From the IMG/VR virus record IMGVR_UViG_3300031992_000011: 64,000 nucleotides of DNA; one strand, written 5' to 3'. Source of the stretch: a virus. Taxonomy: Duplodnaviria; Caudoviricetes. Shown piece after piece: positions 28,190-35,966 of the stretch; the first letter of the stretch is position 1; the number at the start of each line of letters is the position of its first letter. A program made the position numbers and the translations under genes. Under the pieces are notes generated by a model. It had not been told where the DNA came from and searched no databases. It worked only from the letters and a program-made list of their open reading frames with translations.

Positions 28190-28313
28190 TGGGATTCTAC
28201 ACAGAGTATTCTTTTAAGTAGATGCATATGCTTACTAGGATATTGGGTGGTATTAGATTTTGAAACTGCAGATAATCAAAATCTATTAGGAGGTTCGAGC
28301 CATCTGTTTCCCA
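28190..28313 (+). ncRNA. candidate T-loop-containing ncRNA or remodelled tRNA
   Basis: TGGGA/TCCCA ends, ACAGA/TCTGT, 10-bp hairpin TAGATTTTGA/TCAAAATCTA, GGTTCGAGCC. Confidence 0.45.
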
Positions 28314-28327
28314 CAAAATTCAAAAAT

Positions 28328-28401
28328 GGTGCGTTAGTTCAGTTGGTTAGAATGCCTGCCTGTCACGCAGGAGGTCACGGGTCCGAGTCCCGTACGCACC
28401 G
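28328..28401 (+). tRNA. tRNA-Asp(GTC)
   Basis: Cloverleaf; CCTGC-CTGTCAC-GCAGG. Confidence 0.93.
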
Positions 28402-28455
28402 CTTCTTGATTGTTTGAATGAGTGGTTTGGGTCGTGTGAGCGCCCAGACCTTTTT

Positions 28456-28529
28456 GCTCCCTTAGCTCAGTTGGATAGAGCGTGAGGTTCCTAACCCCAA
28501 GGTCATGTGTTCGAGCCACATAGGGAGTA
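28456..28529 (+). tRNA. tRNA-Arg(CCT)
   Basis: Cloverleaf; anticodon loop TTCCTAA. Confidence 0.9.
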
Positions 28530-28533
28530 CTAT

Positions 28534-28619
28534 GGATGGGTGGCAGAGTTGGTCGATTGCACCGGTCTTGAAAACCGGCGGCCCGCAAGGGTCCGGGGGT
28601 TCGAATCCCTCCTCATCCG
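28534..28619 (+). tRNA. tRNA-Ser(TGA)
   Basis: CCGGT-CTTGAAA-ACCGG with a long variable arm. Confidence 0.93.
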
Positions 28620-28626
28620 CATAACA

Positions 28627-28710
28627 GCGACAGTGGCGGAACTGGTAGACGCGCCACCTTGAGGGGGTGGTGGGCACACGCCCGTGAAGGTTCGAGTCCT
28701 TTCTGTCGCA
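28627..28710 (+). tRNA. tRNA-Leu(GAG)
   Basis: CCACC-TTGAGGG-GGTGG with a long variable arm. Confidence 0.92.
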
Positions 28711-28754
28711 CAGGCCGGCCGCGAGACGCGCAACGGTCCGTGGCATGGGCATTT

Positions 28755-28828
28755 GCTGCCATCGTCTAATTGGTTAGGACGTCGCCCTTTCACGGCGGAG
28801 ATTACGGGTTCGAGTCCCGTTGGCAGTA
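28755..28828 (+). tRNA. tRNA-Glu(TTC)
   Basis: Cloverleaf; anticodon loop CTTTCAC. Confidence 0.93.
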
Positions 28829-28832
28829 CAAC

Positions 28833-28904
28833 GACTCCGTAACTCAGTGGTAGAGTATCGCACTTTTAATGCGAGAGTCGTGGGTTCAAGTCCCACCGGG
28901 GTCA
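28833..28904 (+). tRNA. tRNA-Lys(TTT)
   Basis: TCGCA-CTTTTAA-TGCGA. Confidence 0.93.
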
Positions 28905-28918
28905 CGAACGCGACAAGA

Positions 28919-28991
28919 GGGCCGCTAGCTCAGATGGTAGAGCGCTACATTCGCATTGTAGAGGTCACCGGTTCGAATCCGGTGCGGTCCA
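28919..28991 (+). tRNA. tRNA-Ala(CGC)
   Basis: CTACA-TTCGCAT-TGTAG; G3:U70 pair present. Confidence 0.92.
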
Positions 28992-28998
28992 CAGACAG

Positions 28999-29127
28999 AG
29001 CGTGTCGCGAACACGCACGCCATCGCACGAGAGGATTGGGGATGGTAACCCCGGATTGTGGAGGTCGTCTAACCAACGATAGAAGTGGCCGTCCGGTACA
29101 TAATCAACGGACAAACATCGTGACGCT
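28999..29127 (+). ncRNA. candidate structured ncRNA
   Basis: Closing helix AGCGT(GT)CGCGA/TCGTGACGCT; GCCATC/GATGGT and GTCCG/CGGAC stems. Confidence 0.4.
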
Positions 29128-29138
29128 TGGCATGTCAT

Positions 29139-29210
29139 GGGGTGATAGCTCAACGGTAGAGCAATTGGCTGTTAACCAATAGGCTGCAGGTTCGAATCCT
29201 GCTCACCCCG
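29139..29210 (+). tRNA. tRNA-Asn(GTT)
   Basis: ATTGG-CTGTTAA-CCAAT. Confidence 0.92.
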
Positions 29211-29284
29211 CAACTCAGAAGAACGGGCGAATCGCCCTGACAATGGGGATTGAACGGCACCGCCAAAAGTGGTGCCTTTTGCCG

Positions 29285-29368
29285 GGGAGCGTAACCGGTA
29301 ATTGGTAGCCGCACGGACTGTAAATCCGTTCCTTAATTGGACTGGTCGTTCGAGTCGACCCGCTCCCA
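29285..29368 (+). tRNA. tRNA-Tyr(GTA)
   Basis: ACGGA-CTGTAAA-TCCGT, variable arm, somewhat unusual D arm. Confidence 0.88.
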
Positions 29369-29379
29369 CAATGACTGTT

Positions 29380-29453
29380 CTTCCTGTAGCTCAACTGAAT
29401 AGAGCAATGCACTTCTAATGCATAGGTTCTGGGTTTGAGTCCCAGCGGGAAGA
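29380..29453 (+). tRNA. tRNA-Arg(TCT)
   Basis: ATGCA-CTTCTAA-TGCAT. Confidence 0.9.
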
Positions 29454-29462
29454 CTAATAACA

Positions 29463-29535
29463 AGGCGGTTAGCTCAGTTGGTAGAGTGGCGGTCTCCAAA
29501 ACCGCAGGTCGCACGTTCGAGCCGTGCACCGCCTG
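29463..29535 (+). tRNA. tRNA-Trp(CCA)
   Basis: GCGGT-CTCCAAA-ACCGC. Confidence 0.93.
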
Positions 29536-29543
29536 CAAAAAAA

Positions 29544-29633
29544 GGAAGCATACCCAAGTTGGTGAAGGGGGCGGCTTGCTAAGCCGCTAGGCCTCGGCGA
29601 CGGGGCGCGGAGGTTCGAGTCCTCCTGCTTCCG
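29544..29633 (+). tRNA. tRNA-Ser(GCT)
   Basis: GCGGC-TTGCTAA-GCCGC with a long variable arm. Confidence 0.93.
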
Positions 29634-29640
29634 CACAAAC

Positions 29641-29713
29641 AGGGTAGTAGCGCAGTTGGTAGCGCGCTACGTTCGGGACGTAGAGGTCGCAGGTTCGAAT
29701 CCTGTCTACCCTA
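29641..29713 (+). tRNA. tRNA-Pro(CGG)
   Basis: CTACG-TTCGGGA-CGTAG. Confidence 0.93.
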
Positions 29714-29721
29714 CTTGAATG

Positions 29722-29776
29722 TTAACAATTATTAACATGAAAAATTTGCAAGGTATATTTTTTTGTCGTACCTTTG
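29722..29776 (+). promoter_or_regulatory. promoter of the four-unit ncRNA array
   Basis: TTAACA at 29722 and 29732, TTTG at 29745, TACCTTTG at 29769; same geometry as the promoter at 25933-25987. Confidence 0.75.
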
Positions 29777-29782
29777 CACTTG

Positions 29783-29870
29783 AAAACAATGGTGAGTGAC
29801 AGGGTTACTTCGCATACAAACTGTTACAAGATTAAAAAGCAACGAACCCTTCGCATATCTTCCTTGTTTT
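29783..29870 (+). ncRNA. Y-RNA-like scaffold unit 1 (no tRNA cargo)
   Basis: AAAACAA/TTGTTTT, AGTGAC, AGGGTT/AACCCT, TTACTTCG. Confidence 0.55.
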
Positions 29871-29890
29871 TGTTCTTTGACATTCTTAAA

Positions 29891-30025
29891 ATGTGTGCAG
29901 TGACTGTGGCGGTTACTTCGTTGATTAGCTCATTTGGTAGAGCATAAGTTTATGGTACTTAGGGTAGATGGTTCGATTCCATCATCACAAAAGATTGTTT
30001 GCCGCCGCAAAATTTTCTCACACAT
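29891..30025 (+). ncRNA. Y-RNA-like scaffold unit 2 with an embedded tRNA mimic (loop TTATGGT)
   Basis: ATGTGTG(C)AG/CTCACACAT, TGAC, TGTGGCGG/CCGCCGCA, TTACTTCG; D, anticodon and T arms at 29922-29987 with only a 4-bp acceptor. Confidence 0.7.
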
Positions 30026-30033
30026 AACTCATA

Positions 30034-30166
30034 TTCCGCATAGTGACGGGCGGTGTTACTTCGAATTATTTAGCGCAGTGGTTAGCGCATCACACTTTTA
30101 ATGCGAGAGTCGCCGGTTCGATTCCGGCAATGATTCTTTAAAAGCACCCCCATTTTTCTTGCGGAA
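30034..30166 (+). ncRNA. Y-RNA-like scaffold unit 3 with an embedded tRNA-Lys(TTT) mimic
   Basis: TTCCGCA(T)AG/CTTGCGGAA, TGAC, GGTG/CACC, TTACTTCG; cloverleaf at 30063-30136. Confidence 0.7.
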
Positions 30167-30173
30167 AAGCACA

Positions 30174-30298
30174 ACCGGTTGTGACGTATCTCGGTTACTT
30201 CGATACGTTGGTTCGAGTCCAACTTTGTCCGCCATACAATTGGACGAATAGTCAAGTGGTTAAGACAGAATTCTTTACCGAGGCGAGTTTCCACCGGT
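30174..30298 (+). ncRNA. Y-RNA-like scaffold unit 4 with a circularly permuted tRNA module (YrlA-like)
   Basis: ACCGGT/ACCGGT, GTGAC, CTCGGT/ACCGAG, TTACTTCG; T arm 30207-30223, looped acceptor TTTGTCC-GCCA...GGACGAA, D arm 30251-30266. Confidence 0.75.
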
Positions 30299-30349
30299 AC
30301 AAAAAACGGTCTGCTTCAATGTAGATGGATTTTGTAGATGGTTTAACGT

Positions 30350-30382
30350 GCGGTGCGCTGTATATCAGTGTGCCGCTTTTTT
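30350..30382 (+). terminator. intrinsic terminator closing the ncRNA array
   Basis: GCGGTGCGCTG-TATAT-CAGTGTGCCGC-TTTTTT. Confidence 0.8.
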
Positions 30383-30415
30383 GTTTGAGTATAAAAAGAC
30401 AACACAAAAAAAATA

Positions 30416-30724
30416 ATGAACGACATTGACAAATGGATGTGGAAGCCATGCACATTCACAGTATTCAACAACGCCGTGGACAACGGATGGGCAATAGACA
30501 TGCGGAACAGCACAGGACAAGACGTGGACATATCGGATTGCGAATTCCATAAAGTTGATATGGGTGACAGCGTGCGAGACGGAATAAAGAGCGGGAACAA
30601 GACATTGGTGAACGCAGAACAAGAGAAGATAGACACATTCAACAAGGAGAACTATCCGGGTATGGCCATGTTCCTGATACAGGACATAGGTTTGCTCTAT
30701 GTCATAAGGCAACGAAATGATTAA
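30416..30724 (+). CDS. hypothetical protein
   Basis: 102-aa ORF followed by a terminator at about 30834-30873. Confidence 0.55.
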   Translation: MNDIDKWMWKPCTFTVFNNAVDNGWAIDMRNSTGQDVDISDCEFHKVDMGDSVRDGIKSGNKTLVNAEQEKIDTFNKENYPGMAMFLIQDIGLLYVIRQRND

Positions 30725-31021
30725 CAGGCCACTACACGTTTCGGCGCACTTACCGCGTGAGGGCGTTCGCTGCTTTTGACATTTGACATTCTGCGTGTCG
30801 CTTTAATTGGATAAGTGAACATGATACAGAAAGAAAATCCACCGGTGGTTTGGACTATCGGTGGATTTTTTTTGCGAACAAGTTTTAACTACCTTTGGTT
30901 TGGTGGTGACACTTCCGAGAGGTACCGGAGTCAAAAACATTCAAGTTTTAAAGAAAATTAACTTGTTATATTTGACATCCTAAGTCATTTTTTGTACCTT
31001 TGTGCCAAAATATAATCACTC

Positions 31022-33130
31022 ATGCTATACGACGAAGATATAAAGGCGAAGGAACAAATAGTTGAAGATGCCAAGTTGGTGTTGAAACGCGAGTTTGTCG
31101 GTATTGACGACATCATTGACGGTGTAATGGAGAATGTGCGAACATGGTACATGTTTCCGAACCTGTACAACCGCCCGCTCATCATCAACCTGTTCGGAAT
31201 GACAGGTGTCGGCAAGACAAGTCTTGTGCAGCGCATATCCCAGCTGCTTGATTTGGAAAAGGACTACTATTATTTCAACTTTGGTGAGATAAGCGAATGT
31301 ACTGCGTGGGATATTGAAGAGAGAATAAATGACGAGATCAGCGACGAGAAATCGAACCGTGTTTTCGTGTATGATGAATTTCAGTACGCGTCTACCATTG
31401 CCGAAGATGGAACTGAGAGAGAAAAGAGAAGCGGACTTAAACCGTTCTGGGAACTTATGGACGCAGGAAAGATGCACAAGCGGGACTCGGTTTACCTGTA
31501 CAGTTCGTTATTCAGCACCGCCAATTATCTTATACGCATAAATAACGTGTGCAGAATACAACTTGAGAACGGCGCTTGGGTTAACCGCGACGAATGCCTC
31601 TCACATTTCGGCGAATACGAGATTTCCAGATTCAGCACAGTCCTCAACACAAGAGGCGCGAGCGGAGCCCCAACTGAACGACCGAATGCCATTGGAAAAA
31701 TTGAAGCCGATGGAATGGGCAGTAATCTCCCAAACAACATGCCGAGCAAGGGAAGCATGCAATCATTCATATTGACAGCGGACACATTCTCCACAATCGT
31801 AAGGCGGTCTCGCAGGAGCAGAAGGGACACTGACAGTTACATAGAACTCTTCAACGAGTTTTGCACATACGATATAGACCAACTGATCGCCCGGATTGTC
31901 GACGTGTACAACATGGCGTGCAAGGGATTTGATCTGGATTTTCACAATTCTCTCATCTTTGTCTTGGCGAACCTTGACGAGGCGTACAACATGACGTTCA
32001 ACCTGAACCCGGACATGTCGGCCGACACTTTCCATAAGATGACGAAAAATATCTCCATCGTCAACATCAAGAAGGCGCTGCAGAAAAGGTTCAGAAACGA
32101 GCAGATTGCGCGTTTGGGCAACATACATTTCATATACCCTTCATTGTCAAGCAAGACTTACCGCGAGATAATACGCCGAAACCTTGACAAGTTCACGGTT
32201 GAATTCCGTACAATGACCGGAATAGAGGCTTCTTATGACAAGAAGATTGTTGACCTTATATACAAAGACAGTGTGTTCCCGACGCAGGGGACGCGTCCGG
32301 TATTCTCGACAATATATGATTTCGTGAACTCGAAGGTGTCAAACATCATCATAGACATATATGACACGGGTATAACAGCGCAGTCAGTACACTTTACCGC
32401 AAGCGGAAGGATGACAAAGGTTGTCGTCACAAGCGGTGACTGTCAAGGAAAAAAAGTGTTCAAGTACAAGAACGTAATCCGTGTCGACTCATTGAGGGAC
32501 ACGAAGAAGGACACACAACAGGCGATAGTGGCACTTCATGAGAGTGGACACTTTGTCACCTATCTCCTCACCTTCGGCAAGACGCCGGAAAAACTTGTGT
32601 CGCGCACAGCGAATGACGGCGACGGAGGGTTCATGCAGCATTTCGCCGATGACGATGTATCGTCATTCACCAAGATAGGTCTTAAAAGACATCTGATCGT
32701 TCTGCTCGGAGGATATGCCGCAGAGAAGATGTTTTTCGGCGATGACCACATGACGGGCGGCGCCTGCTCGGATCTGGAATCTGCGACAAAACTGGCCGTC
32801 AGGATGGTCCGTGAATACGGGATGGGGTCGTTCAAGTTCACATCAACGACAATGTCTTCACCGATGCATGAGAGGATGATACTTCTTGACCATGACAGGA
32901 AGAAGCACGTCGATGACGAGGTCAACAGGTTAATAGAAGGCGCGTACAGTGAGGCGTGCGAATATCTCGACAAGTGGCGGAGCATATTAAAGGAATCTGC
33001 CGAGTATCTGTGCACACATTCATCCATGCCAAAGGAGATAATGGAAAAATTGTTCAAGAAAATACCGGCAGAAGCGATAGGGGAGAATTTTGACAGGCAG
33101 TTTTATATGGATATGATACATAAAATCTGA
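31022..33130 (+). CDS. AAA+ ATPase fused to a peptidase M41 (FtsH-type zinc protease) domain
   Basis: GMTGVGKT, VYDE, IARLG, QGTRP; HESGH, LLGGYAAE, GACSDL; no TM segment; promoter TACCTTTG at 30995. Confidence 0.85.
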   Translation: MLYDEDIKAKEQIVEDAKLVLKREFVGIDDIIDGVMENVRTWYMFPNLYNRPLIINLFGMTGVGKTSLVQRISQLLDLEKDYYYFNFGEISECTAWDIEERINDEISDEKSNRVFVYDEFQYASTIAEDGTEREKRSGLKPFWELMDAGKMHKRDSVYLYSSLFSTANYLIRINNVCRIQLENGAWVNRDECLSHFGEYEISRFSTVLNTRGASGAPTERPNAIGKIEADGMGSNLPNNMPSKGSMQSFILTADTFSTIVRRSRRSRRDTDSYIELFNEFCTYDIDQLIARIVDVYNMACKGFDLDFHNSLIFVLANLDEAYNMTFNLNPDMSADTFHKMTKNISIVNIKKALQKRFRNEQIARLGNIHFIYPSLSSKTYREIIRRNLDKFTVEFRTMTGIEASYDKKIVDLIYKDSVFPTQGTRPVFSTIYDFVNSKVSNIIIDIYDTGITAQSVHFTASGRMTKVVVTSGDCQGKKVFKYKNVIRVDSLRDTKKDTQQAIVALHESGHFVTYLLTFGKTPEKLVSRTANDGDGGFMQHFADDDVSSFTKIGLKRHLIVLLGGYAAEKMFFGDDHMTGGACSDLESATKLAVRMVREYGMGSFKFTSTTMSSPMHERMILLDHDRKKHVDDEVNRLIEGAYSEACEYLDKWRSILKESAEYLCTHSSMPKEIMEKLFKKIPAEAIGENFDRQFYMDMIHKI

Positions 33131-33256
33131 CATATTGTCATTTTTTTGCCGTGGTATTGACTTTGCTATATCATATAATGGATTTTTAAATAAAGTACTA
33201 CAATGTAAAGCACTTTGTTTATCAGTCAAAAAGACGACACAAAAATTTTAAGGATT

Positions 33257-33703
33257 ATGATATTTGATTTTAGCAAAACACCAATTTTCAGTTTATTTGA
33301 CCCGTTTGAGACTTTTGAAGAAATCTTTTCGGATGTACTGAAGGAAAAGAATGGAAAGTTCGACAGCGAAAGAAGTGAGAAGACTTCCATATACAAGGAC
33401 AACGATCTTGTATACGAGAGAGAAAAAGAATGGAAGAACGATGAGTTGGTGAAGGACGAAGAGAAAGGACGTGACACACTGAAGTCGCTGACCGGACGCA
33501 ATGACAAGCGTTCATGTGAAAAAAAGTCGGAAACTTCGGAAGATACCAAGAGTACAGGCATCATGCTTGCAAAGAAGGACAAGTACATAAACACTCTTAT
33601 CGAGAAGAACAGAAAACTCAAGGCGCTGAACGATCATCTCTCCGAAGAAAACGAAAGACTGCGCAACAAAATAAAACAAGCACACGACAGTCTCAGACCA
33701 TAA
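33257..33703 (+). CDS. hypothetical coiled-coil protein
   Basis: ATG at 33257; highly charged. Confidence 0.55.
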   Translation: MIFDFSKTPIFSLFDPFETFEEIFSDVLKEKNGKFDSERSEKTSIYKDNDLVYEREKEWKNDELVKDEEKGRDTLKSLTGRNDKRSCEKKSETSEDTKSTGIMLAKKDKYINTLIEKNRKLKALNDHLSEENERLRNKIKQAHDSLRP

Positions 33704-33842
33704 AGGGATTTTTTCTGCATAGTATGTTCAGGTGCGTTTGACAATTTTGGCATTCGCACTTGTTTTTTAACAATTTTACACACAAAAAATTTTGAAAAAG
33801 GCAAAGTTCAATGTAACTTTGCGGTGTCTTATAAATGGTAAA

Positions 33843-34937
33843 ATGTCAAACAAGGATTATTACAACATACTTGGTGTCGGAAGGGACGCGACGGATGAAG
33901 ACATAAAAAAAGCGTACAAGAAACTTGTGCTGCAATATCATCCTGACCGTCAACAAGGTAAGACTGACAAGGAGAAGGAGATTGCAGACGCCAAATTTAA
34001 GGAAATAAACGAGGCATACCATATATTGACAGACAGCACCAAGCGGAAACTTTACGACACATACGGAACAGTCGATGAACAGGTGGATGAAGGCATGGGA
34101 CACATGTCAGATTTCATGCGCGAATTCATGAGACGGAACGGTTTCACCGAAAATGGATTCCAAAACAAGTCAATGGGCAGCAATATTGAAGTACACGTCA
34201 ATCTGACTGTCGCGGAGATTCTTGGCGGAAAGAAGAAGGAAGTGACGTTCAAACGTGCACGGAAATGTGTACATTGCAACGGGACCGGGTCAGCTGACGG
34301 GAGAGAATCGAAATGCCCAAATTGTGGAGGTACCGGATTTGTCACAAGGTTCCACAGGAGTGGATTCGGCGCGGTACAACAGACGATGACGTGCCCTTCC
34401 TGTGGGGGAAGCGGAAAGGTGGTCACATCACCGTGTCATCATTGCGGGGGAAGTGGGCTCGAAGACAAGGAAGACAAAATCTCATTCAACATACCTATAG
34501 GTGTTTGTGACGGAGCATATACTGTGTTCTCTGGATATGGGGATGAATCTCCCGACGGCGGACCGGCAGGTGATGCGATACTCATATTCCACATCGACAT
34601 GCCTGACGGTTTCTCCGTAGGGAAAGCGGCAATGCAATACGGAATACCGACGTCTGACATATACAGTATCGTCGGTGAGATCAACGTGCCTATATTAGAC
34701 TGCATAACGGGCGGGGATGTAAAATTCGTACATCCCGACGGAAAGAAGATAAAGTTCAAGATAGGCAAATGCACTGAGGACGGAACAAGCGTCAGGATGG
34801 CAGGAAAGGGACTTCCTCGGAAAAATGGAACCATGGGGGACTTATATATGGTGATACATGCCAAGATGCCGAAAACGCTCAATTTCGACGACATAAAGAA
34901 AATAAACGAACTTAAAAAAAGTAATTCGTTCAAGTGA
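33843..34937 (+). CDS. dnaJ: chaperone DnaJ
   Basis: J domain with HPD, four CxxCxGxG repeats and the C-terminal domain. Confidence 0.93.
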   Translation: MSNKDYYNILGVGRDATDEDIKKAYKKLVLQYHPDRQQGKTDKEKEIADAKFKEINEAYHILTDSTKRKLYDTYGTVDEQVDEGMGHMSDFMREFMRRNGFTENGFQNKSMGSNIEVHVNLTVAEILGGKKKEVTFKRARKCVHCNGTGSADGRESKCPNCGGTGFVTRFHRSGFGAVQQTMTCPSCGGSGKVVTSPCHHCGGSGLEDKEDKISFNIPIGVCDGAYTVFSGYGDESPDGGPAGDAILIFHIDMPDGFSVGKAAMQYGIPTSDIYSIVGEINVPILDCITGGDVKFVHPDGKKIKFKIGKCTEDGTSVRMAGKGLPRKNGTMGDLYMVIHAKMPKTLNFDDIKKINELKKSNSFK

Positions 34938-34938
34938 T

Positions 34939-35385
34939 ATGATACACTCATGCGGAATCATACCGTTCAGGGTCAACGATGACGGAAAAATGGAATTTTT
35001 CGTCGGACATCCGGGTGGATGGAACAGGGATTACTGGGCAATGCTGAAAGGGCAGATGGAGGACGGCGAGAACGCGTCCGAGTCCGCAGTAAGGGAATTT
35101 ACCGAAGAGAGCGGTGTGGACCTGTCGTCTTGCCGCAGTCAGATGCTGATACCGTTGGGCTCGGTGATGCAGAACCCCAAGAAAATGGTGACGGCATTCG
35201 GTTTGCATTTTCCGGAAATAGACCCGGAAAAGTGCCATTCCAACATGGCAGACAATGGTCTGAATCCGGAGATAGACAGTTACCGGTGGATGACAATGGA
35301 CGAACTTGCACATAAGACCCATGCCACACATATTGTCTTTTACGAGAAGTTGTTGTCGATGGCAGAAAACGAAGAAAAGATATGA
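34939..35385 (+). CDS. NUDIX hydrolase
   Basis: Nudix box GQMEDGENASESAVREFTEESG; HPGG and PEID motifs. Confidence 0.88.
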   Translation: MIHSCGIIPFRVNDDGKMEFFVGHPGGWNRDYWAMLKGQMEDGENASESAVREFTEESGVDLSSCRSQMLIPLGSVMQNPKKMVTAFGLHFPEIDPEKCHSNMADNGLNPEIDSYRWMTMDELAHKTHATHIVFYEKLLSMAENEEKI

Positions 35386-35963
35386 GGATAATTACCGGAA
35401 AAGACGCGATATTCTATACCGACAGTTATGACGTGGTGCTGGTTGGGACAAGCGTGTACAATATGCTGACAAACGGTTTCCAATCCAAGATACGGTTCAA
35501 GTATCCGAATGTGCGGGACGCAAACGACAGGACGGGATACGGCGATCTCAGGAAACTCGGCACACGTCTCACAGTTGACTGTGGAAGCACGCAAGTCTCA
35601 TTAATGTATGTGTCGAAATTTCCGAACAGCCGGCGTGTTTTCGTGGACTACGACGCGCTGAGGAACGCGCTTCTTACTGCACGGAAAGAATTTAACGGGA
35701 AACGGATAATGACAACCGTTGTGGGTTCTACACCTTTCGACGGAAACGGAGACAAGGAGACATGCCTGTCGATAATTTCTGACTGCATGAACGGGGTCGA
35801 TATTGATGTCTACGACTACGAACAAGTCCCGAGACTCGTCGAACTTGAACATTACAGGAAAATGTTAAGCGGAAAGAGGCAGACAGAACCCGAAAAATAC
35901 GACAGGATGAGATCCGAATGGGACAAATTGATGGCACGCATATACCTTCAGTCACAGAAATGA
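35382..35963 (+). CDS. divergent macro-domain-like protein
   Basis: The pattern GKDAI..DVVLVG..MLTNGFQSKIRFKYP..KLGT..DYDAL..DGNGD resembles Poa1p/DarG-type macro domains. Confidence 0.55.
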   Translation: MRIITGKDAIFYTDSYDVVLVGTSVYNMLTNGFQSKIRFKYPNVRDANDRTGYGDLRKLGTRLTVDCGSTQVSLMYVSKFPNSRRVFVDYDALRNALLTARKEFNGKRIMTTVVGSTPFDGNGDKETCLSIISDCMNGVDIDVYDYEQVPRLVELEHYRKMLSGKRQTEPEKYDRMRSEWDKLMARIYLQSQK

Positions 35964-35966
35964 CAT

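Noticed and set aside
29211-29283. Riboswitch or ribozyme between tRNA-Asn and tRNA-Tyr
   Set aside because: Two simple hairpins, the second terminator-like (GGCACCGC/GTGGTGCC-TTTT), with no recognisable aptamer or catalytic core.
29783-30298. CRISPR array interpretation of the repeated GTGAC...TTACTTCG motif
   Set aside because: The identical part is only 8 nt, unit lengths vary, each unit folds end-to-end, and no cas operon is present. The Cas4-like nuclease at 57338 is a stand-alone phage exonuclease.
25586-30455. Short ORFs overlapping the RNA island (e.g. 25943-26317, 27572-27940, 28462-28752, 29215-29538)
   Set aside because: These are shadow translations of tRNA or ncRNA sequence; only 26518-26736 and 26961-27689 look coding.
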